The notes under the pieces are model-generated. The model was not told the DNA's origin and did no database searches. It saw only the letters and a list, made by a program, of their open reading frames with translations. This document shows positions 27,574 to 36,857 of a stretch of 64,000 nt of DNA, one piece after another. Each line of letters opens with the position of its first letter. Positions within the stretch are counted from its first letter, which is position 1. A program made the position numbers and the translations under genes. Location of the stretch: the NCBI GenBank assembly GCA_955652395.1, contig CATPBJ010000100.1, positions 497-64,496 on the forward strand, in the 5' to 3' direction. The DNA comes from an uncultured Terriglobales bacterium. Lineage in GTDB: Bacteria; Acidobacteriota; Terriglobia; Terriglobales; Acidobacteriaceae.

Positions 27574-28677
27574 GTGAAGAATCCTGTCTTGCGTTTGCTG
27601 ATGGTTGGAGTGATTATTGCGGGCCAGGCGTTTGGCCAGGCTTCCGGCTCGCCGCCCGACGCCGTCGCGCAGTACGTAAACGCGGAGATGGTGCGGCAGC
27701 AAATCCCTGGAATCGCCCTGCTAGTGTCGCGTAACGGAGAAATTGTCCGGGCTCAGGGTTTTGGCCTCTCCAACGTAGAGCTTCAGGTGCCGGTTAGACC
27801 CGAGACCGTGTTCCAATCAGGGTCCGTCGGCAAGCAGTTCACCGCTACCGCCATCATGATGCTGGTCGAAGACGGAAAAATCAGCCTGGATGGCTCGATC
27901 ACGAAATATTTTCCTGAGGCTCCATCCAGCTGGACGCCGGTTACTGTACGTCATCTCCTGAGTCATACCGGGGGTTTCACGGACTATCCGAAAGACTTCG
28001 ATTTCCACAAAGACTATACCGAAGACGATCTCCTTAAAGTGGTCGCCGCGATCCCGCTGTCCTTTCCGTCGGGTACAAAGTGGAGCTACAGCAATCTCGG
28101 CTATCTGACTCTGGGCATTCTGATCCACCATGTGACCGGAAACTTTTACGGCGACATGCTGCAGGCACGAATCTTCCGACCGCTGGGGATGCAGACTACG
28201 CGCATCATGAGCGAGGCTGACATCATCCCCAATCGCGCGGCCGGTTATCGTCTGGTCAAGGGTGAACTGAAGAATCAGGAGTGGGTCTCGCCGCTTGTGA
28301 ATACCACCGCCGACGGAAGTCTCTACTTTTCGATTCTGGATTTGGCGAAGTGGGACGCGGCCTTGTACGACGAGAAACTTCTGAAGCGCTCCAGCCTGGA
28401 ACAGATGTGGACTGTGGTCAAGCTCAACAACGGTCAACCGAATTCCGGCCACTATGGATTTGGCTGGGAGATCGCTAACGTTGACGGCCATCGGGTCATC
28501 GGTCACGATGGAGCCTGGCAAGGCTTCAAGGCTCAGATCTCCCGCTACGTGGACGACAAGCTTACCGTCGTGGTCCTGGCCAATCTGGCGGAGGCTCACC
28601 CGCGAGAGATTGCAGAGCACGTAGCTGAGCTTTACTTAAAGGGAAAAAGCGACGCAGGACCTGCCTCAGGGCAATAA
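27574..28677 (+). CDS. secreted serine hydrolase, class-C beta-lactamase/DD-peptidase family
   Basis: 367 aa with a signal peptide. It has the SxxK motif SVGK, a YSN motif (WSYSNLGY) and an HDG third motif. Confidence 0.85.
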   Translation: MKNPVLRLLMVGVIIAGQAFGQASGSPPDAVAQYVNAEMVRQQIPGIALLVSRNGEIVRAQGFGLSNVELQVPVRPETVFQSGSVGKQFTATAIMMLVEDGKISLDGSITKYFPEAPSSWTPVTVRHLLSHTGGFTDYPKDFDFHKDYTEDDLLKVVAAIPLSFPSGTKWSYSNLGYLTLGILIHHVTGNFYGDMLQARIFRPLGMQTTRIMSEADIIPNRAAGYRLVKGELKNQEWVSPLVNTTADGSLYFSILDLAKWDAALYDEKLLKRSSLEQMWTVVKLNNGQPNSGHYGFGWEIANVDGHRVIGHDGAWQGFKAQISRYVDDKLTVVVLANLAEAHPREIAEHVAELYLKGKSDAGPASGQ

Positions 28678-28763
28678 ACTCCGATTCTCACATTGGTCAG
28701 TGCTCGTCTGATCCCTGCTTTTTCTCCCGCACCCGGCCCGGCTCGGGTATATTCTTTCCCGCC

Positions 28764-30560
28764 ATGAATTTCACTCTTCTTGACTGGTCGGCCATCGTTC
28801 TCTATCTGGGTATCACTCTTGCGCTGGGCCTCTATTTCCGCTCCCGCTCGGGCAAGAGTGTGGACGACTATTTCGTGTCCGGGCGCAACGTTTCCTGGTG
28901 GCTGGCGGGTACGTCGATGGTGGCGACCACATTTGCCGCCGACACCCCGCTGGTGGTTACCGGCCTGGTCTATACGCAGGGAATCGCGGGGAACTGGTTG
29001 TGGTGGGCTTTTCTCCTCTCCGGCATGATGACGGTGTTTCTGTTCGCCCGTCTGTGGCGCCGCTCCGGACTTCTGACCGACGTACAGTTCGCTGAGATGC
29101 GTTATTCCGGCAAGCCCGCTGCGTTTCTGCGTGGCTTCCGAGCCATCTACCTGGGCCTGCTGATGAACTGTCTGATCCTAGGCTGGGTGACCAAGGCCAT
29201 GACCAGCATTGTGGCGGTGACGCTGGGGGTGAGCGATCGCAACGCATTGGCCATCTGCGTTCTATTCTTGATTCCATTCACCGGCCTCTATGTCGCGCTG
29301 GGTGGATTGTGGGGCGTGCTGTGGACCGATCTATTTCAGTTCGCGCTCAAGATGGCCATCGTGATCGGAGTCGCGTGGTACGCGGTCGCGGCTGCCGGTG
29401 GTATGAGTACGCTGCTGGCACGTCTGGCGGAAATGCGGGCTGCCGCGGGATCGGGCGCCGGCGATGCGACGGCTTTCTTTCCTGATTTCTCCCGTCCATT
29501 TTCGCAGGAAGGACTGTGGCTCCTGCCAGTGATAACATTTGTGGTGAATATCGGATTGCAGTGGTGGGCTTTCTGGTATCCCGGAGCAGAGCCGGGTGGC
29601 GGCGGCTATATCGCGCAGCGCATCTTCAGTGCGAAGGACGAAAAGAACGGACTGCTGGCTGTGCTCTGGTTCAACGTCGCGCACTACGCTTTGCGTCCCT
29701 GGCCCTGGATTCTGACTGCTCTGGCAGCGGCCGTTTTATACCCGCACCTGGAACACCCGGAAACTGGCTACATGCTCGTGGTCAGCCAGCACGTGCCGCC
29801 GGCCCTGCGCGGCATCGTGATCGCCGGCTTTATGGCGGCGTTCATGTCCACCATCGCGACGCAGCTGAACTGGGGCGCTTCTTATCTGGTCTCGGATTTC
29901 TATCGCCGCTTCATCAACCGCGACGGTGACGACAAACACTACGTGTTGATCTCCCGTCTGGCCACCGTGCTGCTGGTCATCGCGTCCGCTGGGATTTCGG
30001 TTCTGCTGTCTGACATTCGTTCGGGATGGCAGGTCGTGCTGGAAGTGGGCGCGGGCACCGGCGGTGTCTACCTGTTGCGCTGGTACTGGTGGCGCATTAA
30101 TGCCTGGAGCGAAATCTCAGCCATGGCGACGGCACTGGTGGTGACCATCGGGCTGCGCTGGGCCGAGCCTTTCTCCGGGACCAATCCGGTGGTTTTTGCC
30201 AAGACGGCTTTGACTACGACCCTCATCACCTCTCTACTCTGGCTCGTGGTCACCTACATGACCAACGCGGAGCCCGCGGCGGTGCTATTAAAGTTTTACC
30301 GCAGTGTTAGGCCGCAAATAACAGGCTGGCAGCCGGTTGCCAGCCTCGCTCCTGAGGTGCCGCCGACCCGCGACCTAGGGAGCAACCTGCTTTCCTGGGT
30401 ACTCGGGTGCTTGATGGTTTACCTGGCACTGTTCGGTTTGGGACACGTGCTGATTGGGCCTCTCTGGGAAGGAGTGGGGTTGCTGGCGATTTCTGCGATT
30501 TGCGCGGGCGCACTGTATTCCAACATCTCCCGCAGTTGGGGCGCAGAGGCGTCGTCCTGA
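28764..30560 (+). CDS. sodium:solute symporter (SSS) family transporter
   Basis: 598 aa with about 13-14 TMs. The N-terminal pattern SVDDYFVSGRNVSWWLAGTSMVATTFAADTPL is typical of SSS proteins. Confidence 0.85.
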   Translation: MNFTLLDWSAIVLYLGITLALGLYFRSRSGKSVDDYFVSGRNVSWWLAGTSMVATTFAADTPLVVTGLVYTQGIAGNWLWWAFLLSGMMTVFLFARLWRRSGLLTDVQFAEMRYSGKPAAFLRGFRAIYLGLLMNCLILGWVTKAMTSIVAVTLGVSDRNALAICVLFLIPFTGLYVALGGLWGVLWTDLFQFALKMAIVIGVAWYAVAAAGGMSTLLARLAEMRAAAGSGAGDATAFFPDFSRPFSQEGLWLLPVITFVVNIGLQWWAFWYPGAEPGGGGYIAQRIFSAKDEKNGLLAVLWFNVAHYALRPWPWILTALAAAVLYPHLEHPETGYMLVVSQHVPPALRGIVIAGFMAAFMSTIATQLNWGASYLVSDFYRRFINRDGDDKHYVLISRLATVLLVIASAGISVLLSDIRSGWQVVLEVGAGTGGVYLLRWYWWRINAWSEISAMATALVVTIGLRWAEPFSGTNPVVFAKTALTTTLITSLLWLVVTYMTNAEPAAVLLKFYRSVRPQITGWQPVASLAPEVPPTRDLGSNLLSWVLGCLMVYLALFGLGHVLIGPLWEGVGLLAISAICAGALYSNISRSWGAEASS

Positions 30561-30574
30561 TGTGTTTATCTTCG

Positions 30575-30747
30575 CGTGTCATCCTGAAGCGGAGCAGTCG
30601 AAGGACCCTAACCGTTGATCGATCGGCGAGTAGGGCAAGGGTCGTTTTAGATTGCCCCAGACGTAATCAAGTGTGGGAAGAGTAGAGGTCCTTCGACTGC
30701 GTGTCTGCTTCGCCAGGCGAAGCAAACACTTCGCTCCGGATGACGTG
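30575..30747. repeat. MITE/REP-like element with long imperfect terminal inverted repeats
   Basis: The left arm CGTGTCATCCTGAAGCGGAGCAGTCGAAGGACC pairs with the right arm GGTCCTTCGACTGC...TCGCTCCGGATGACGTG. The right arm carries an extra internal hairpin (TGCTTCGCCAGGCGAAGCA). It sits between convergent genes. Confidence 0.65.
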
Positions 30748-30787
30748 GTTTTTACCGCTCGGCGCTTTTGTACTTTTGGCGATTTGC

Positions 30788-33190
30788 TCATTCGACCGTG
30801 ACGGTGTAGTTCAGGCCCTCCCAGCGCTGTTCCTGCGGCCAGTAGAAGGTAAAGACAATCTCGCGTCCCACTGCAAGCTGGTCGGCGGGCAGGTCTGCGA
30901 CGAAAACCCCTAGGGGGTCGCGGGTGGTCGTGTCTTGCGCGGTCTGCCATCCATCGAAGCTCCAGTGCACCGACGCGGGCGACGGCAGCAGCAGGCGCAG
31001 CTTCTTTCCCTGGGGGATGTTCCGGCATTTGTTGTTGAATCGCCATTCGAAGTGAGTAGCTTTCTGCCGCTCCACCTGGTAGCGCTGTACGGTTTGCGGC
31101 GGCTGGTCGAAGATCTTGCCGTCGCGCAACGATCTCCGCAGCTTGACGTACTCGGAGTGTGCCCACACCAGCGGACACGCCGAACCCGATGGCTTTCCGC
31201 GAAACAACTCGAGCGCCGGAATATCCTCCGCATCCCAGACCTGCTCGGGAATCAATCGTCCGCCCTCGGTCGAAAGCTCCATCACATTGAGCAAATCTTC
31301 CGCCGCCTGGGGACGTCCAGCCGCCAGTTCGTAGTGTGCCCGCTCGCCGGCCAGCAAAGGCCACGGTCGTCCAATTCCGGTTCCGTCAAAGGGCGAGCCA
31401 TCTTCGTGCTCGCCATAGCCGTCGCCATTGTAGCGGTACCAGCAGGGGCCCTGGGGCAAGTTCACTTTGAGCAGAGCGTCAATGACTTTGATCGTGTTCA
31501 GAATTCGCGAATCATCCGGCGCACGCAAACCAAATCGCACCAGGGCGAGGGAGTCGGGGCTAATCAGATGCACAGCCCGCGATTGGTTTTGTCCGGGCGG
31601 ACGGTTCTTGATAGGGACAAATCCCTCCAGGGGCGATGGTGCGCAGTCCGATTCCGGTGGCGCGATCCGCACATAGTAGCCTTCAACTCCGAGTTGCCGC
31701 GCCAGATCGCTGTCTTTGGCGTAGGCCCAACGTTCAATGTTGTCGTTCCAGCAATCCGCGGTCTGGCGCAGATGGGTCGCAACATCCTTTTGTCCCACTG
31801 CGTCGGCAAGATCAGCGGCGGCCAACAATCCTGATATTTCTACCGCCAAAGTAAACGGCGAATAGCCGGCGTCTTCTTCCCAACGATCCTGTTGGGTCAC
31901 GGGACCATTGCGAAGGACGAAGCCCGCAGCCCGACTGACCAAAGCCCACCAGCGTGTGAGCTCTCCCAGAACAAACGGAGAGTGCCGGCGCAGCATGTCG
32001 AACAGCAAGATCGGGAATGCGGCCTCGTCCATCTGCATGCCATTCCAATATGGACGTCCGTCCAGCCACATGTTCTGGGCCCAATGTCCATCCGGTTCTT
32101 GGGTAACTTCCAGATAGCGCAGGATGCGCAGGGCGTCTGGTTCGGCGCCCGCGGCCAGGAGACCAAAAGCAGTTTCCACCAGATCCCGAGGCCAAACCAG
32201 ATGGTATCCACCCAGGTCTTCATCGCCCTTGTTGAATCCCCAGGGAATGGACAGGCTGGCGATTACGCCTCCCAGGAACTCTTTGGACTCGTGCGACCGC
32301 ATTACGCACACGCTGGCTCGATACAGATCAACCTCGCGGTGTGGCTCGTCCAGTTTCAGCAGACTGTCCTGCCAATGTTCCCAGTGCCAGACGTAGTGCT
32401 TGCGCAGTTCGTCGTAAGACTCAAGCAGACTGGAGCGCGCCTCTTGTCCAGCCTCGGCCCATATGCCGCCGAAGCCGAGCGCCAGGGCGAACTCACCGTT
32501 ACAGGCTGCCAGGTCAATCTCGCCGGTGAGCGCTACATTTCCGTTTTCCGCGCGGGTATAGTTCCAGGTCATCTGGTAATGCTGAGAGAGGTCCTGCCAT
32601 CCATCGGAGAATCCGGCGAAGCCCACGGACATCTTCCGCCAGGGGACCGAGCAGGCAAAGGCCAGAGAGGTCGAGTTACGGTGCGCAAACAGTGTGGGCG
32701 TGCCTTTGTAGTTCCCGACCCAGCCGGTATTTTCCCGGCCGCAATTCGCCAGGTGGGGCGCCAATAGCGCGTAGAGGCGATAGTCGGCCAGCGTGCCCAG
32801 CAACGGCACGAAGCGGATCCTTTGCAGCACGACATTCCGGTAGGGATCGGAGAATACTTCTTTCTCGATCCGGTAATGTCCCTGCAGTTCTGTGTTGGTC
32901 AGTTTGTAAACTGGAACGCCGGGCTCAATCGCATGGTTTTCGAACTTGCAGTGGCGCTTTTCTTCGGAGAAATAACCGGAACCGTCGGTAACAATCAGCC
33001 CCTGATCCCGGGTGCAGGCCTGGTCCACTCGAGGATAGTAAACCTCGTTCAAGATGCCGTGGCTGAGCGTGAACCACACCCGGGTGTGCAGGTTGAGTGC
33101 CGTCCCCACGGCGCCTTTGGCGCTCGAAGTCCAGCGCGGCGAAATTCCCGGCCAGCCGGGGGCAAAGCGTTCAATTTCGTTCTCACTCAC
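30788..33190 (-). CDS. GH15 glucoamylase / glucodextranase-type glycoside hydrolase
   Basis: 800 aa. The N-terminus (FAPGWPGISPRWTSSAKG...ILNEVYYPRVD) is that of bacterial glucoamylases, and the (alpha/alpha)6 core has WPRDL and EQ..W motifs. Confidence 0.88.
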   Translation of the reverse strand: MSENEIERFAPGWPGISPRWTSSAKGAVGTALNLHTRVWFTLSHGILNEVYYPRVDQACTRDQGLIVTDGSGYFSEEKRHCKFENHAIEPGVPVYKLTNTELQGHYRIEKEVFSDPYRNVVLQRIRFVPLLGTLADYRLYALLAPHLANCGRENTGWVGNYKGTPTLFAHRNSTSLAFACSVPWRKMSVGFAGFSDGWQDLSQHYQMTWNYTRAENGNVALTGEIDLAACNGEFALALGFGGIWAEAGQEARSSLLESYDELRKHYVWHWEHWQDSLLKLDEPHREVDLYRASVCVMRSHESKEFLGGVIASLSIPWGFNKGDEDLGGYHLVWPRDLVETAFGLLAAGAEPDALRILRYLEVTQEPDGHWAQNMWLDGRPYWNGMQMDEAAFPILLFDMLRRHSPFVLGELTRWWALVSRAAGFVLRNGPVTQQDRWEEDAGYSPFTLAVEISGLLAAADLADAVGQKDVATHLRQTADCWNDNIERWAYAKDSDLARQLGVEGYYVRIAPPESDCAPSPLEGFVPIKNRPPGQNQSRAVHLISPDSLALVRFGLRAPDDSRILNTIKVIDALLKVNLPQGPCWYRYNGDGYGEHEDGSPFDGTGIGRPWPLLAGERAHYELAAGRPQAAEDLLNVMELSTEGGRLIPEQVWDAEDIPALELFRGKPSGSACPLVWAHSEYVKLRRSLRDGKIFDQPPQTVQRYQVERQKATHFEWRFNNKCRNIPQGKKLRLLLPSPASVHWSFDGWQTAQDTTTRDPLGVFVADLPADQLAVGREIVFTFYWPQEQRWEGLNYTVTVE

Positions 33191-33367
33191 TCCACAAGTC
33201 CTTGTGATCGGCGGCTAGCGGATGGGCGCTGTCCGGGCAACAACAGGGCGCACCAAACCACAACGCTTGCCGCGTTGGGCGGAATGGCGCATCCTAGTGG
33301 CAAGGATTCTACCAAGTCTCGGGATGGGAAACGGGCTGTCCGCCACCGCATAAATCTGGAGGTCAAA

Positions 33368-33955
33368 ATGATTGCCAGCGCCAGGCGAAACTGGGTGTAC
33401 GCCGCGCTCCTGCTACCAACTTGGTTGTGGGCTGCCGATTTGGGATCGCCCAGAGAGATCGACACCCAAAAGTCGGTGATGACGGTGCGGGTGTTCAAGT
33501 CAGGGCTGTTCTCAGCTTTTGGCCACGAGCACGAGATCGGCACACCGATCCGGGCCGGAAAGTTCAGCGAAAGCGACCGGTCGGTCGAATTGACCGTCGA
33601 TGCGCGCCAGATGCGAGTCATGGACCAAGACGTGTCAGCAAAGGACCGCGCGGAGATACAGGAAACCATGCTGGGTCCGAAGGTGCTCGATACCGGCCAG
33701 TTTCCGGAAATACGCTTCCGCTCAACTACGGTCGAGCCCGCTGGCAGCGGGCGCTGGTTGGTAAGCGGAGATCTGACGCTGCACGGCCAAACCCGCCCGG
33801 TAAGGCTAGCGGTTCAGCCACAAAACGGACACTATCACGGCTCAGTAGAGTTGAAACAAAGGGACTTCGGAATCGAACCCATCACCGTTGGCGGCGGGGC
33901 GGTGAAGGTAAAAAATGAGCTGCGCGTGGAATTTGACATCGTCGGAAAACCGTAA
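33368..33955 (+). CDS. YceI family periplasmic protein
   Basis: 195 aa from the ATG at 33368 (SD GGAGG). It has a signal peptide and YceI motifs (FGHEH, FPEIRF, GDLTLHG). The 5' part of ORF 32822-33955 is antisense to the glucoamylase and is not coding. Confidence 0.85.
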   Translation: MIASARRNWVYAALLLPTWLWAADLGSPREIDTQKSVMTVRVFKSGLFSAFGHEHEIGTPIRAGKFSESDRSVELTVDARQMRVMDQDVSAKDRAEIQETMLGPKVLDTGQFPEIRFRSTTVEPAGSGRWLVSGDLTLHGQTRPVRLAVQPQNGHYHGSVELKQRDFGIEPITVGGGAVKVKNELRVEFDIVGKP

Positions 33956-34093
33956 ACATTTACCCTGGAGGTAACCCTGGTGCGGAATCCTGCGTCCAAC
34001 TCTACATAGGTAAATCCAGGGTATTGGTGTTTCCTAGCGGGCGTATAATTCGTACTAGGATCTTGGGGCGGGACAGAATACAGGGAGTCCATT

Positions 34094-35212
34094 ATGAAGT
34101 TACGGCGCTTAGCACTATCGGCGGTGTTGTTAACCTTGAGTTACGCGGCGCCACAGAGTTGGGCACAGGACCAGGGTAGTGTCGCTTCCAAGGACCAACC
34201 AACCTCCAATAGCGCAGCCAAAAGCAGCGCGCCCGAGAAGATCGATGCTGCCGACCCGGAAAAAGTCAAACATGACGGTGGCAGGGAAGACGTAGATGCC
34301 GTCGGCAATCGGAATGTGGGCTGCAAGACCGGCTTGGGCAACTGGTACGGCGTGGAGAAGCAGATCGCCATGGGCAAGCAGTATGCCCAACAGGTGGAAT
34401 CCAGCGTCAAGTTGATCCAGGACCCAGTCATCACGGAATACGTGAACCGGGTGGGGCAGAACCTGGTGCGCAACTCCGATGCCCAGGTTCCATTCACGAT
34501 CAAGGTCATCGACTCCGACGACATCAATGCGTTTGCGCTCCCTGGCGGCTTTTTCTATGTGAATTCCGGCCTGATTCTGGCGGCGGATGAGGAAGCGGAA
34601 CTCGCGGGCGTGATGGCGCACGAAATTGCCCACGTGGCGGCCTGCCATGCGGCGCGTGAAAATACCCGCGGCAATCTGATGAACATGGCGTCCATTCCGC
34701 TGATCTTCGTAGGCGGAGCCATCGGCTATGCCGGCTACGAGGCTGCGGGTTTGGCGCTTCCCCTGACCTTCCTGCACTTCTCGCGAGGCTTCGAGGCCGA
34801 AGCTGACTATCTGGGACTGCAGTACATGTACAAGTCAGGATACGATCCTCAAGCCTTTATTGCCTTCTTCGAAAAGGTGCAGGCCCAGGAGAAGAAGAAA
34901 CCCGGGAGTCTGGCCAAGGCCTTCTCCACTCATCCCCAGACCCCGGATCGGATCGCCAAGTCGCAGGAAGAGATTGCAACCATTCTGCCGGCGCGCGCGC
35001 AGTACACGGTTTCAACATCGGAGTTTGACGACGTCAAGGCGCGGCTGGCGACGATCGAGAACCGCCACAAGATACTGGACAAGAAGGAAGACAAGAACAG
35101 ACCGAGCCTGCGACGAACATCCACGCCCGACAAGAATGGCAGCGACGACAAGGGAACGAATGATGATGATCGGCCCACGCTGAAGCGGCGGGATGACAGC
35201 AGCAGCAACTGA
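34094..35212 (+). CDS. M48 family zinc metalloprotease (secreted)
   Basis: 372 aa with a signal peptide, an HEIAH zinc motif (AHEIAHVAA) and a downstream EAEAD. The C-terminal tail is Lys/Asp-rich and low-complexity. Confidence 0.85.
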   Translation: MKLRRLALSAVLLTLSYAAPQSWAQDQGSVASKDQPTSNSAAKSSAPEKIDAADPEKVKHDGGREDVDAVGNRNVGCKTGLGNWYGVEKQIAMGKQYAQQVESSVKLIQDPVITEYVNRVGQNLVRNSDAQVPFTIKVIDSDDINAFALPGGFFYVNSGLILAADEEAELAGVMAHEIAHVAACHAARENTRGNLMNMASIPLIFVGGAIGYAGYEAAGLALPLTFLHFSRGFEAEADYLGLQYMYKSGYDPQAFIAFFEKVQAQEKKKPGSLAKAFSTHPQTPDRIAKSQEEIATILPARAQYTVSTSEFDDVKARLATIENRHKILDKKEDKNRPSLRRTSTPDKNGSDDKGTNDDDRPTLKRRDDSSSN

Positions 35213-35237
35213 GCTCAGTTTCCGTGTGAGATCGATT

Positions 35238-35266
35238 CCGGCGGCTTCGGCCGCCGGTTTTTATTT
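35238..35266 (+). terminator. rho-independent terminator
   Basis: CCGGCGGC-TTCG-GCCGCCGG is followed by TTTTTATTT, 26 nt after the M48 stop. Confidence 0.8.
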
Positions 35267-35321
35267 GGGTCGCCATTCTGCCGGAAAATAAAAAGCCGGG
35301 AGAAAACTCGCGGCATTACCT

Positions 35322-35594
35322 TCAACCAGAGCTGAGGAGTTTATGCAGCAGCCCTCGGGGCAATGATGCGACGTGATTACGCTGTTCAGCCGGCGAGGTG
35401 ATGACCTTCATCTCTTGCCAGTCATACGGAAATTCCCTGCCGCAATCCAGACAGGCGACATAGGTGCCGGTCACCTTGGCGGCCGCATTGCGCCGCGAAC
35501 CGGGCCGAACCGACATAGGAAAACTATAATGAGAATGTTTACAACCGAAGACGGTATCGAACAATTCCGCGATCATAACTCCCTCCCCAACCAC
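35322..35594 (-). CDS. small Cys/His-containing hypothetical protein (zinc-ribbon-like)
   Basis: Up to 90 aa with GCKHSHYSFP...CLDCGREFPYDW (C-x-H ... C-x2-C). The coding call rests only on ORF length and the motif. The start may be the internal Met7. Confidence 0.45.
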   Translation of the reverse strand: MVGEGVMIAELFDTVFGCKHSHYSFPMSVRPGSRRNAAAKVTGTYVACLDCGREFPYDWQEMKVITSPAEQRNHVASLPRGLLHKLLSSG

Positions 35595-35761
35595 CCTATG
35601 ATTCGGGTCACCAAACGCAAATTATTAGATTCAGTCTGCTTCAAAAAGGTTCGACTGGGATACGGGACAGACCGGTAAGGTGGATTGCCCAGGCCGGAAG
35701 CGGCGGCGGATAAGGCAGTGACGCTTTGGAGGTGGGAGGAAGGCTGGTTACTGTAGCTCGG

Positions 35762-36019
35762 TCAGGCTTCCCGGGGGCCGGTCTTCTTGTGGGCCTCGCA
35801 CTTTGCCACAATGGCGGAGCGAAGGCGGTTGCGGAGGTCGTCGGGAAGTTCGTAGAGCTGAGAGTCGCGGTAGATCTCGATGGTCTTCTTGGTGGTGTCG
35901 CAAACCACATAGCAGTTGTGGCACCAAGCCAGATGGTCTTCCAGTTCGGCCTTGGTCCGATCGTCGAGGACGCCGTCCAGATAGTTCGTCAGTTCCTGTA
36001 GGAATTCAGCGCACTTCAC
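35762..36019 (-). CDS. zinc-binding anti-sigma factor (ZAS, zf-HC2), soluble
   Basis: 85 aa with the H-x3-C-x2-C motif HLAWCHNC and no TM segment. The GTG start overlaps the sigma-factor stop (GTGA). Confidence 0.8.
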   Translation of the reverse strand: MKCAEFLQELTNYLDGVLDDRTKAELEDHLAWCHNCYVVCDTTKKTIEIYRDSQLYELPDDLRNRLRSAIVAKCEAHKKTGPREA

Positions 36020-36645
36020 TGTTTGCCATCTCCGCTCTCACGCTTCTGGAAGTAACGGCTGAGCCGTTCGCGCAACTGCAACCGGGCTCGCAGGAGCCGC
36101 GATTTAACCGCTGGAATGCTGAGGTCTAATGCCTCAGCGGTCTCCTCGGTCGACAGCCCTTCCACATCTCGCAGGACAAAAACCGTGCGAAAACTTGGAG
36201 GCAGCCCCTGAATGGTCTTACTCAGGATTTCCTTCAACTCCGCCTGGTTGTACTGCTGTTCCGGGTTCGGACTCCAATCCGCGACTTCGCGTGGGACCGA
36301 ATCCTCTTCGGTCTTTACATCTTCATCCAACGAGACCATGCGCTCGGGACGACGGCGCCGCAACTTCATCAGCGCTTCGTTGACCGCAATACGCACCAGC
36401 CAGGTATAGAACTTCGACTGACCCTGAAACTGATTCAGGTTGGTGTAAGCCTTAAGGAACGCATCCTGCACCACATCTTCCGCGTCTTCGCGGTTCTGCG
36501 TGATGTGCTGTGCGATACGGAACACATTCCGGTCGTAACGTCGGACGAGCTCCTCGAATGCGCTTACATCGCCGCCCTTGGCGGCCTGAACCAGCGCCAG
36601 CTCATCGCTGACCGGCTCGCTTACCTTTTGTTGGATGGCTGCCAT
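36016..36645 (-). CDS. ECF-type RNA polymerase sigma-70 factor
   Basis: 209 aa from the ATG at 36645 (SD GGAAGGAAG). It has region 2 (DAEDVVQDAFLKAY...FYTWLVRIAVNEAL) and region 4 (VFVLRDVEGLSTEETAEALDLSIPAVKSRL). Confidence 0.9.
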   Translation of the reverse strand: MAAIQQKVSEPVSDELALVQAAKGGDVSAFEELVRRYDRNVFRIAQHITQNREDAEDVVQDAFLKAYTNLNQFQGQSKFYTWLVRIAVNEALMKLRRRRPERMVSLDEDVKTEEDSVPREVADWSPNPEQQYNQAELKEILSKTIQGLPPSFRTVFVLRDVEGLSTEETAEALDLSIPAVKSRLLRARLQLRERLSRYFQKRESGDGKQ

Positions 36646-36808
36646 CTTCCTTCCGATGCAACAATTTTCACGCCCTGGGACTGGCGGCAGAAATGTTATT
36701 TTACTTGGTAACCTCGGTTTCGGCTTATTTGTTTTGACGTATCTAAAACTGGGCGGTTTGCGATAAATTCCAAGGAGCGGCCATTCCGCATTAGAACACG
36801 TCCTTAGG

Positions 36809-36842
36809 TGACCGGAAAACACCGGTCAAGTGACCCTATAAT
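36809..36842 (+). promoter_or_regulatory. candidate -10 box (TATAAT) preceded by a 7-6-7 palindrome
   Basis: TGACCGG-aaaaca-CCGGTCA lies at 36809-36828 and TATAAT at 36837-36842, 15 nt before the ATG at 36858. There is no good -35 box, so this is weak. Confidence 0.25.
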
Positions 36843-36857
36843 CAAGGCTTAACCGAG

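Noticed and set aside
30579-31364. 261-aa minus-strand ORF overlapping the glucoamylase 3' end
   Set aside because: It is an alternative frame of the GH15 gene that extends into the MITE-like repeat. It is Arg/Gly/Ala-rich with no motifs.
32822-33367. 5' extension of the YceI ORF, which would make it 377 aa
   Set aside because: This part is antisense to the GH15 glucoamylase and has no protein-like features. A good SD plus ATG at 33368 gives a normal signal-peptide YceI protein.
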